Positions 19,497 to 27,739 of a stretch of DNA of 64,000 nt are shown piece by piece. Made by a program: the position numbers and the translations under genes. How positions within the stretch are numbered: the first letter of the stretch is position 1; each line of letters starts with the position of its first letter. Source of the stretch: Minisyncoccota bacterium (GTDB taxonomy: Bacteria; Patescibacteriota; Minisyncoccia; UBA6257; GWB1-50-10); assembly GCA_041917695.1 (NCBI GenBank), contig JAYRXE010000037.1, positions 370,582-434,581 of the forward strand, in the 5' to 3' direction. Under the pieces are notes generated by a model, which saw only the letters and a list, made by a program, of their open reading frames with translations, was not told the origin of the DNA and did not search any database.

Positions 19497-20195
19497 TTAC
19501 CCGTTGTGGTCTGCTGGCAAATCAATATCCTTAATTCTGTTCGCAACGTTCGTCTCATGAATAATCTCTACCCACATCACTTTCGGGGAAGGGAGCGTGA
19601 CAATTTCAAGTCCTGCCCCAAGGATCTTAGAGTGATTATACTGGAGAATAGTATAATCACGAGAAGCTATCATTGAAAGGAAATGGTTGTCTTTTCTAAG
19701 ATAGGCATATCGTTTACCGGCCTTTTCATCCAACTTTTCACCCTTTTCAAAGGTTAAAACACATTTGCGAAGATTGCCTTTCGCGTACCCCTGAACGATA
19801 TCTACATATTTTGAATTTAAAATATCATCGTTATCAATCCTAGATGTAATGAACCACTCATTGTCATATTTGTTTTCAGAGACAAAACTGGCGAAATCAA
19901 AAAATTCGTTATCATCAAAATATAAGTCAATAAACATGTACACCTCCTTCAATGTCCGGATTCTTTCTTTAAAGACTTCAGGGGTCTGCTTGTGGAAAAG
20001 TATTATCCATTGGAAATTCTGGGATGTCTGGCTCTGAAGCGAAGGAATCGTGTATTGCTCAAAAAGACGGAAGCGCTCCGATAAATAATCTGGATCCAAG
20101 ATTAAATCCATTGGATTGCGTTCTGGATCTCTCGGACTACAACCAAATTTTTTCCGTATATTAAATCTGGTTAATACAAAATGTTTATATTCCAT
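19497..20195 (-). CDS. Glycosyltransferase-like (putative rhamnosyltransferase family) protein
   Basis: HFVLTRFN, RFRLFEQYTIPSLQSQT, ITSRIDNDD. Confidence 0.8.
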   Translation of the reverse strand: MEYKHFVLTRFNIRKKFGCSPRDPERNPMDLILDPDYLSERFRLFEQYTIPSLQSQTSQNFQWIILFHKQTPEVFKERIRTLKEVYMFIDLYFDDNEFFDFASFVSENKYDNEWFITSRIDNDDILNSKYVDIVQGYAKGNLRKCVLTFEKGEKLDEKAGKRYAYLRKDNHFLSMIASRDYTILQYNHSKILGAGLEIVTLPSPKVMWVEIIHETNVANRIKDIDLPADHNG

Positions 20196-20235
20196 GGTAA
20201 AAATGAAACTTGTTCGAATGCTGGGGTACCCTCTT

Positions 20236-20763
20236 TCATATGCGTGAATGGTTGGTCATATTTTGCCGCCGCAAAAGCTTTAAGGCCATTTTGTGAGAAT
20301 CATCTGAGTAGGTAGATTGAACGCATTCCTCGATAACATACGTGAAAAATCCCGCATCAAAGGCATCAAAGGCCGTAGCGAGCACGCAATCCTCAGTATC
20401 TAATCCTACGATATGCACCTCCCTTATTTTCTTACTTTTCAAAAAAGCGGTCAGCTTCTTATTCCCTTGGAAGGCCGACCTCGTATCCTTTTGAACCTTG
20501 AAGGACTTATAGGGCTTTAGAGCCGTGGCAATGGACTCCACGGTCTCTGTATACCTTCCTTTCGGGCAAATCCATTTCTGCTGTTTTTTCCACAGGGAAC
20601 CCTTTTCGGCGTGAAAATTCACCTCAACATACGCATCGTATTTTACCGAATCTAGAAGTTTTAAAATATTCTTAACGATATAACCATTCCCTCTATTCAA
20701 GAATGAATCTTGTACATCCACGACAATAAGAGCCTTTTTGCGAGAATTTTCGGAAAATTTCAT
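20236..20763 (-). CDS. Isochorismatase-like cysteine hydrolase
   Basis: ALIVVDVQ, KDTRSAF, GLDTEDCVLATA. Confidence 0.88.
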   Translation of the reverse strand: MKFSENSRKKALIVVDVQDSFLNRGNGYIVKNILKLLDSVKYDAYVEVNFHAEKGSLWKKQQKWICPKGRYTETVESIATALKPYKSFKVQKDTRSAFQGNKKLTAFLKSKKIREVHIVGLDTEDCVLATAFDAFDAGFFTYVIEECVQSTYSDDSHKMALKLLRRQNMTNHSRI

Positions 20764-20804
20764 GTTGGCTCTTAATTCTTCATTATCTTACGAGATTGAT
20801 ATGA

Positions 20805-21608
20805 TTATTTCCTATCATCATCAAATAATTCATAGAAGGCAACAACGCTGAAAGGGCCCACAAAGCCCACAAAGAATAACTCTTCCCAGGGTATAGGATT
20901 GAACCCGAAAAAATTGATGGGCGGAAGAAAATAAACCCCAGTAAATACCCATTGGTTGAGAAATGTTGCGGTAATTTCAAAGAAAAAAGTGATGGCGAAA
21001 AAGTACGCTACAAGAGATAATGCTCGACGAAGAAACTGCGGAAAATGCCACAGAAAAATTAACGTGGGAAGAGCGAAGAAAACAGTTCCAAGAATCAAAT
21101 AAGTGTATGGCCCCTCCCACACAAAAAGATGCTTCCCACCTGATGCAAGAATCAAGAAAAAGGCGCTTAATACGAATAATGCAATAGAAATGAAATACCA
21201 GAGGCGCTTATCCGCCAATTCACGCTTCCCTTTATCGAGCATGATTTCATAGCCGACAACGAGCGTGAAGACGCCGCTCGCCATCCAGAAAAAATCCTCG
21301 ATGGGAATAACTCCGAGAAACCTCGATGGAAAAAGGCTATACGGCACATACCATACGCCGCTTGTGGTACCGATATAATCGATGATAATGGCAAAAGGTA
21401 ATGAAATGATGAACGTAAAGATTGCTCCTTTCGCTACTTGCCACAGCCGTCCAAAACGGAGGATTAAATAAATTCCTGGGAGGCTATAAAACAGGAAAAT
21501 AGAAAGAATATACGGGGCGTGAAATACAAGGGACACTAAGGAGCTTAAGAAAGGTAAAAGCGCCAACACGAAAAAATCGTATACGCTTAGACGCTTCAAA
21601 ATCTCCAT
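20805..21608 (-). CDS. Membrane protein with two lycopene-cyclase-like repeats
   Basis: Duplicated W....GVIPIEDFFW / W....PIPWEELFF motifs. Confidence 0.65.
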   Translation of the reverse strand: MEILKRLSVYDFFVLALLPFLSSLVSLVFHAPYILSIFLFYSLPGIYLILRFGRLWQVAKGAIFTFIISLPFAIIIDYIGTTSGVWYVPYSLFPSRFLGVIPIEDFFWMASGVFTLVVGYEIMLDKGKRELADKRLWYFISIALFVLSAFFLILASGGKHLFVWEGPYTYLILGTVFFALPTLIFLWHFPQFLRRALSLVAYFFAITFFFEITATFLNQWVFTGVYFLPPINFFGFNPIPWEELFFVGFVGPFSVVAFYELFDDDRK

Positions 21609-21680
21609 GCCTTTATTCTATGAGTAAAAGAAAATGGAGGAAAGCGACCCTCCTCGGGCGCGAGAACTCAGCTCGACTTG

Positions 21681-21695
21681 GCTGGGGAGCAGGGA
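21681..21695 (-). repeat. 15-bp direct copy of the tRNA-Gln 3' end
   Basis: GCTGGGGAGCAGGGA at 21681-21695 and 21846-21860. Confidence 0.8.
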
Positions 21696-21846
21696 AATCT
21701 TACGTCGCTTCGCTCCCTGAAACCCAGCGGTTTCAGGGCATCCGCTACGGGAAAACTCCCGTTTCCCCGACCCCCTTCCCGTTCGAATCCCCTCTATTCC
21801 ACATCAAAGCAGAAACACCGGCATAAAGCTGGCGTTTCTGTTTTTG

Positions 21847-21917
21847 CTGGGGAGCAGGGATTCGAACCCCAATACTCGCCTCCAAAGGGCGATGTCCTAC
21901 CATTAGACGACTCCCCA
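21847..21917 (-). tRNA. tRNA-Gln(TTG)
   Basis: TGGGGAG acceptor stem, TAATGGTA D-loop, TCGCC-CTTTGGA-GGCGA anticodon arm, GGTTCGAATCC; CCA not encoded. Confidence 0.95.
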
Positions 21918-22040
21918 ATTAATCTAAATGTAATAAACTTTTTTCTCTAAAACTGGGGGAAAATTAGACCTGCCTGCGCAGGCAAGCGACTCCCCAATTA
22001 CGTCTGTAATTGTACCCTCCGCTTCCGGTTTCGCAAATAA

Positions 22041-22062
22041 AAAGCCCCACTATGGGGGCTTT
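22041..22062 (-). terminator. Terminator of the radical SAM-peptide operon
   Basis: AAAGCCCC..GGGGCTTT with U-tract on the minus strand. Confidence 0.75.
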
Positions 22063-22082
22063 GATTTTTACCTGTATGACGG

Positions 22083-22223
22083 TTACTTCCTCTTGTAACA
22101 GTTGTCGCACGGCTGTGAGAAACAGCTGTCACCCTCTTCGCACTGAGCGCCAACCATCGGATTAACCTTCAGGTCGCTCTTTGCGTTCGAGTCTTTCACT
22201 ATGGAGAGAATCTCGGGTTTCAA
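22083..22223 (-). CDS. Putative RiPP precursor peptide (46 aa, Cx5Cx4Cx2C core)
   Basis: SD AAGGAGGTGA + TTG; MKPEILSIVKDSNAKSDLKVNPMVGAQCEEGDSCFSQPCDNCYKRK; 33 nt downstream of the rSAM stop. Confidence 0.8.
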   Translation of the reverse strand: MKPEILSIVKDSNAKSDLKVNPMVGAQCEEGDSCFSQPCDNCYKRK

Positions 22224-22256
22224 TGAAATCACCTCCTTTCTTTTCCGTATTGGTGA

Positions 22257-23558
22257 TTAAAGCGCTGATTCAACAATACCCCTTTGGGATAAAATCCGCA
22301 AAAAGGCCTCTGCGTCTTCCCGCTCTATGGGAAATGCCTGTGCCATCGTATCGGTGCTGAATGTTTTCTCATCCATCATGTATTGCACCAGACGCATCGC
22401 ATCATTATTCAGAAGCGCGGATCCGCCAGAGACGAATACCACTCCCCCAAATTCTTCATCGCGCACGCGAACGCCGTTCGCAAGCTTGAATTCGCCAGGC
22501 GGCGTATCAGCATTTCTCGCTATCTTCTGCGGCAAGACGATGTCATAGGGACCACTCATGAAAGGGTCATTTCCATGGATATCTCCCAGATATTTCGCTT
22601 CCATTCTGCACCCGGCGCTGCACATCTCTATGTAATCACATGCATCGCAAGCGGGCGGAATATATACGCCCGCGCGCCAGTCTTCCATACTCTCCCATGC
22701 CTTTAAGAGACCATCCTGAAACACGTTGCCGTATACCATATCGGCGCGGGAACAGGGACGGACATCCCCATTAGAACCGATGGTGCAGCTCGTAACGCCG
22801 GCACCGCAGTTCCTGCGTGCAAAGACATGATACTTGCCCACATCGCCAATCAAGCAGAGCGGATAGCATTCCAACACATCAACGGCAATTCCCAATTCTT
22901 TCTGAATGTCCGTAAGCATCGCCATGCTTTTGCGCACCTCTTCTACGGTTAGAATCTCCTTATCAAAGTTGCGGCTATTCAGCGCCGGCGAAGCTTTCGT
23001 TGCGCAAAATCCATCAATGCCGTGCTTTACAAGCACTTCTGCCGTTTCCCTAAGATACGAGAAATTGCGCTTGCTGAGCACCATATTCGTACTCACCAAA
23101 AAACCAGCATGGACAGCAATGTCGATTCCTCTCATGGTACGCGCCCATGCGCCCTTTCGCCCCGCAATTTCATCATGCACCGCTTCGTTTCCGCATAAGA
23201 CAGAAACAAGCATTTTCCTCAATCCTGCATTCCATAAGGCCTGCGCGATCGGTTCGGTAAGGAGCGCCACATTCGAGTTGAGGCCTACTTCGATTCCCGC
23301 CTTATCCAATTCAGCGATGGCAGGAGGAAGCATAGACCAGTAAATAAGGGGTTCGCCGCCGGTAATGGTAACCGATGAAACCTGGAGCGAAATAAGATCG
23401 CGTACGATTTGCATCAGCTCGTCTTCCGTAAGGCGCGAGAGGACTTTCGGCCCGCTCTTTTCCCGCCAGTGGTTATAGCAATGGAAACAATCCATATTGC
23501 AGGCTTCGGTGATTTCCACCTGGACCGACAAGGGGCCCTTTAACTTCCGGTACTTCAT
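22257..23558 (-). CDS. Radical SAM/SPASM peptide maturase with C-terminal PqqD/RRE-like domain
   Basis: CNMDCFHC, ITGGEP; SPASM CGAG..C..GDVRPC..CDAC..CSAGC; C-terminal VRVRDEEFGG..LNNDA..AFLRILSQRGIV. Confidence 0.9.
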   Translation of the reverse strand: MKYRKLKGPLSVQVEITEACNMDCFHCYNHWREKSGPKVLSRLTEDELMQIVRDLISLQVSSVTITGGEPLIYWSMLPPAIAELDKAGIEVGLNSNVALLTEPIAQALWNAGLRKMLVSVLCGNEAVHDEIAGRKGAWARTMRGIDIAVHAGFLVSTNMVLSKRNFSYLRETAEVLVKHGIDGFCATKASPALNSRNFDKEILTVEEVRKSMAMLTDIQKELGIAVDVLECYPLCLIGDVGKYHVFARRNCGAGVTSCTIGSNGDVRPCSRADMVYGNVFQDGLLKAWESMEDWRAGVYIPPACDACDYIEMCSAGCRMEAKYLGDIHGNDPFMSGPYDIVLPQKIARNADTPPGEFKLANGVRVRDEEFGGVVFVSGGSALLNNDAMRLVQYMMDEKTFSTDTMAQAFPIEREDAEAFLRILSQRGIVESAL

Positions 23559-23595
23559 AAAAACCTCCGTATTAAATTAGTAGTTTACTGCCCAT

Positions 23596-23624
23596 ACCAT
23601 ACAAATATTTCAGAATCCCGTCAA
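23596..23624 (-). promoter_or_regulatory. Sigma70-type promoter of the rSAM operon
   Basis: TTGACG-17 nt-TATGGT, then SD GGAGG. Confidence 0.6.
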
Positions 23625-23643
23625 TCATCCCCTTCCCAAATAA

Positions 23644-23675
23644 AAATAGCAGATCCGTATCGGCATCTGCTATTT
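23644..23675 (-). terminator. Terminator after the nuclease-primase gene
   Basis: AAATAGCAGAT..ATCTGCTATTT inverted repeat. Confidence 0.7.
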
Positions 23676-26316
23676 ATTGTTTTTCATATATCCCTTCGTT
23701 TATCCACCATTCATTTATGTCTTTGTACGCGATAAGCCGCGGATACTCCTCCACAAAATCGGGCGGCATTTTAAAACGCACCCGTTCCGTGAACTGCATC
23801 TCGTCCAGCCATTTGAGGGTCTTTTGCTTCGCAAATTTTCCCCCCGCATCTACGTCAAAGCCAATGCATACGTTTTCACGAACGCTCAATGCATGCTGGA
23901 GGGCAAGATAGTTAAACGTGCCTCCAAATGCTCCTGTGTCCGTGTGTTCAAGCTGAATCATCGTTAGGGCGTCTATAACCGCTTCCATAAGGTTAAAGTC
24001 CTTATAGCGAGGTCCTGTAGCCAATGCATCAGCATTCCACATGCCTTGCGGCACGCCGCTTAAGTGAACTAAGGTCTTGCGGTGCCGCATTTCCTTAGGA
24101 CAGTTTTTCCGCACATCACGCCCGTAAAAGCTCGTGATCCTTCCCCCGCTAAATCCGAGAGGGAAAACCAACTTGTTTCGCAAGACGAGATACGGCAAAC
24201 CATCTTTGGTAGCCACATCGCTCAAAGACTTCCCACGCCGTTTTAGAAGCGGGAAAAGCCCTTGGGTTTCACGCAAACTCCCATTGAAATTCACCAAACC
24301 GTAATGCACCAATTCATCGAACTCAAAAAGATCCAATAATGTTTCAATCGCATCATTGCTGCAGAATCCTGCTCCGTATGCGCGCGCCAGTTCTGGATCA
24401 AGCCGCCGTTCGTTTTCGAGATATTCCTTTCCCGGACTATCCTTGAAGAAAACTTGGAAGACTTGTTGCATCAGCGTCATCGCTTTCACATGAAAAGCCG
24501 GGATTTTTTCCAAGCTTTCAAGGGAATTGATGCGTTGCCTTCGCAAAACATCTATGCGCACCTCAGGGGGCATGGATTCATATGCAAAGGGCATCCACGT
24601 ATCGCACACATAGCACCGAGCATAGCCACGCCTCATGAAAAGCATCATGGAGGGGTTTTTATCCTCATGCCACGGCAGGACGCACTGGATGAAACCGCCG
24701 CGCTCCATACTGAAATGGCGTGTCCGTATATCCCCTTCTTCCAAGGCATGGAAGAACGCATCGAGATGGAAACGGTACGGCGAGTGCCGTCCGCTTGCCG
24801 TTTCGACCCGTACTTTCTCAACGATTTTTGCTTCATCAAGAAAGATCCGCTGGGACTTGATAACTTCCGCTATCTCATCATGCGGATGCAACGAGGTTGA
24901 TTGGACATCAATCAGCGTTTCATTAACACAGAGGGAACCATTCTGGCCGTTCTGCTTCCCATTTTTCCCATTCTTCCCTTTTTTGAGATGGATGAGTTCC
25001 TGGATGGCATTGCTGATGGCATTTCCCCGATCGCGAATCAAGGCTTTGGTCTGACTGTAGCCGTAGCGGCTTCCAATCGTCTCCATAAATACCTCGTGCT
25101 GTTCAGGGCCATCGACGTGAATGCGGTATTCAACCGGGGCAATACTGGGGAAAAAATACACCAGTTTCGCATCAGTGAATTTCACGTTTCCGTTCCAGAT
25201 GTCTTTCTGCTTATGCATGAGCGCATAATCCAGGTTTGCGAGAGCGATGTACTTCTTGAGCTGCACCTTATGCTCCGCAATAGGCTCTCCATTGATTTCA
25301 GTCGGCAGGATCACATGACGCGCATGCAAGCCATCACCCGTTGCAAATTTGAATTCATAGAATTCAACGTCAACGCGGGCTCCATGAAAAATCCTTTCCA
25401 GTTCGGAAAGAACCTGATTCAAGGAGTGAAACGTCATCTTTTGGAGGCTATTTACCTGGAGACGCTGTTTTTCCGTAGGAGTTTTACCCCCTATGGCAGT
25501 CACTAAAATCAAATCCATACGCCATCCTCCCAACCCATAGTGGTATGAAAGAATGGGTATCTCCCTCAGACCGCCATGGAGGCCGATCTTTTGGACGTAT
25601 GAAATGATCGTCGCAAGCGTCATCACCGTCAGGGTGAGATAGTACTGGAAATCAGAATGGTGTTGCTTCCGCTCCAGAAGGGCGCGGCCCGATTCGCCAA
25701 TAAGCGGCATGAGAAGCTTAAAGAGTGCACGGAATTTATTCCTATCCAGTTTCAGATAGTTTCTTTCCCAGTTCTTCCTTCCCAGCTGGCGAGCGAGAAA
25801 CTTCCATTTCTTTTTCACCTGTCGTGCAAAATCACGGGTAATACGGGGAATAGAGACAAAGCCTGATTCGAAAAGTGGCTGAGGAGCCGGAAATAGCGAT
25901 AGCTCCTCACACGTTTTTTGCTTATCTCCAACCTGACCGGTGAGTATCCTCTGGGCAGCAGCGTGTAAAAACACCCCGAACCCTCGAATATACTCCTCGT
26001 TATTCCCTGATTCTTCTTCAAACTGCCTGCGCAATGAAGCAAGTGAACGAGTATATCGGCCATCTTTCATATCAACCGACGTGATTCTTTGCTTTTCCGC
26101 GGGAGGGTGCGCTTTATGAATCTCATAGAGCTTCCCTACCGCTTCTTCGAGGCTTCGAGCAATCCGGCACTGGACCAAGATTCGCGCGAAACCCATCACA
26201 TCCGCTGGTGCGCGTTCGATCCATACCTTGAAGGCATGGTCGTCCTTATAGCGCTCAGTAAGCGCTAGAAGATCACCATAGGGAGTGAGCGTTGCATTGT
26301 TGAATAATGAGCTCAT
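23674..26316 (-). CDS. PD-(D/E)XK nuclease / DnaG-like primase (CHC2 zinc finger + TOPRIM) fusion
   Basis: N-half: GVFLH, REIP..GWRMDL, YEFK, QLKKY. C-half: CVLPWHEDKNPS..CYVC, RNKLVFPL..GR, MEAVIDA, FDVDAGG, KDINE. Confidence 0.75.
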   Translation of the reverse strand: MSSLFNNATLTPYGDLLALTERYKDDHAFKVWIERAPADVMGFARILVQCRIARSLEEAVGKLYEIHKAHPPAEKQRITSVDMKDGRYTRSLASLRRQFEEESGNNEEYIRGFGVFLHAAAQRILTGQVGDKQKTCEELSLFPAPQPLFESGFVSIPRITRDFARQVKKKWKFLARQLGRKNWERNYLKLDRNKFRALFKLLMPLIGESGRALLERKQHHSDFQYYLTLTVMTLATIISYVQKIGLHGGLREIPILSYHYGLGGWRMDLILVTAIGGKTPTEKQRLQVNSLQKMTFHSLNQVLSELERIFHGARVDVEFYEFKFATGDGLHARHVILPTEINGEPIAEHKVQLKKYIALANLDYALMHKQKDIWNGNVKFTDAKLVYFFPSIAPVEYRIHVDGPEQHEVFMETIGSRYGYSQTKALIRDRGNAISNAIQELIHLKKGKNGKNGKQNGQNGSLCVNETLIDVQSTSLHPHDEIAEVIKSQRIFLDEAKIVEKVRVETASGRHSPYRFHLDAFFHALEEGDIRTRHFSMERGGFIQCVLPWHEDKNPSMMLFMRRGYARCYVCDTWMPFAYESMPPEVRIDVLRRQRINSLESLEKIPAFHVKAMTLMQQVFQVFFKDSPGKEYLENERRLDPELARAYGAGFCSNDAIETLLDLFEFDELVHYGLVNFNGSLRETQGLFPLLKRRGKSLSDVATKDGLPYLVLRNKLVFPLGFSGGRITSFYGRDVRKNCPKEMRHRKTLVHLSGVPQGMWNADALATGPRYKDFNLMEAVIDALTMIQLEHTDTGAFGGTFNYLALQHALSVRENVCIGFDVDAGGKFAKQKTLKWLDEMQFTERVRFKMPPDFVEEYPRLIAYKDINEWWINEGIYEKQ

Positions 26317-26487
26317 TCTTTTTCCTTTCAGATATATGGAATTTTTTGCTTGGGCACTATGCCCCAGCTGCTACAGATTTTTTATCACGTAGCTGGAGAG
26401 GGGTCAATTTGAAAAAATGCGTTTTTCGTGTCGTGAACTTGATATAATAAAAGGGAGGAAAGGTCGAAAAACTGACCGATTAAACAC

Positions 26488-26700
26488 ATGAAGCTCCACA
26501 CGATCGCCTTCGTTCTCCTTGTTATCGGAGGCTTGAACTGGCTTCTTCTTGCGCTTACGGGATGGGAGGTCGGGATGCTCTTTGGCGGCATGACTGCCAT
26601 GGTTTCCCGCATCATCTACATCCTTGTCGGCCTCTCTGCTATCTACGAGGTCGCGATGCACAAGAAGATCTGTCGCGAATGCGCGAAAAGCGCAATGTAA
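26488..26700 (+). CDS. DUF378 domain protein
   Basis: LLVIGGLNW..SRIIYILVGLSAIY. Confidence 0.9.
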   Translation: MKLHTIAFVLLVIGGLNWLLLALTGWEVGMLFGGMTAMVSRIIYILVGLSAIYEVAMHKKICRECAKSAM

Positions 26701-26822
26701 GACGGACTCACGTCTTCACCAAAATCCCGCCCACGCGGGATTTTTAATTGACAAAGCAGCTTTGAAGTCCTACGGTAGGCATAGCTTAAAAACATAATTT
26801 TAAATTTAAAAAAGGAGCCTAT

Positions 26823-27665
26823 ATGCTTTCTGCTGAAGCAATTGCAAACGGAACCAAATGCATCAATGAATATATCGCCAAAAAACTCTCAGACTGGAAA
26901 GTAAAGCGCTATATCTTGGGAATCCATTGCAGCATTGTCGTGGCGTACCGCCTCGTTGATGCAAAGAATCACATCTTCAGGGGAATGATCGTAAACCACC
27001 AAAATCTTGATGGGAAAGTATTTTATGAACAGGAATTCACATCCTCTCATGAGAAATACGACCAAAACTGGGAAAATTTTTGGACGGATGCGGTTGAATT
27101 CTATCTTTTCGAAGAACAGGGCAAGATCCTGATACTTGAGGCTAAGCGCGAGCGCGAGAGGCCTAAATTCGTCAGTTTCGAAATGACCCCTGAATTATCT
27201 GTAAGCGGCATTTCCCTCTTTCCCGATAAATTGCCCATTGGAAATACCATAGGAGAGATCCATGACCCCGTCACGAGGCTCATACGCAGCAATTCCGACA
27301 GATATCTCGGCATCCACCTCACGAGAAACACCTTTTGCGTACTGGATATTGATACATGGAAACTGATCACCTCCCTCATTACCGAACCCGATGAAATCCC
27401 TATGGTTAATGATTTTCAGCTTTTCTTCGGAAAAAACGAGAAGCTCGCCGTAGTGGTAGTGAATGTCCAGCATGAAATGGCGGCGCATTGCCGCCAAAGG
27501 CTCGATATTTCATACAAGGGCGGATTCCTGAACCACAGTTACCTGGGGAATTCGGGAATCAAGTCATACCAGGGCAGACTCGATGGGGATAAATTCACCC
27601 TCACGGTCGAAACAGCGAGAGCGGGGACGGCAGTAATGCATTACGATCTTACCGAGAAAGATTAA
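26823..27665 (+). CDS. Hypothetical protein (orphan)
   Basis: TTGACA(26748)-17-TACGGT, SD AAGGAG, terminator at about 27669-27690. Confidence 0.75.
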   Translation: MLSAEAIANGTKCINEYIAKKLSDWKVKRYILGIHCSIVVAYRLVDAKNHIFRGMIVNHQNLDGKVFYEQEFTSSHEKYDQNWENFWTDAVEFYLFEEQGKILILEAKRERERPKFVSFEMTPELSVSGISLFPDKLPIGNTIGEIHDPVTRLIRSNSDRYLGIHLTRNTFCVLDIDTWKLITSLITEPDEIPMVNDFQLFFGKNEKLAVVVVNVQHEMAAHCRQRLDISYKGGFLNHSYLGNSGIKSYQGRLDGDKFTLTVETARAGTAVMHYDLTEKD

Positions 27666-27739
27666 TCCAAAAGGGGCGCATGCCCCTTTTTATTTTCCTT
27701 CGGCAACCGGTTTTTTTAGGCTATACTGACTGCACAGAG

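Noticed and set aside
21600-26400. Intact prophage or integrative element at tRNA-Gln
   Set aside because: No integrase, terminase or structural genes; only tRNA-end duplications and a primase-like fusion.
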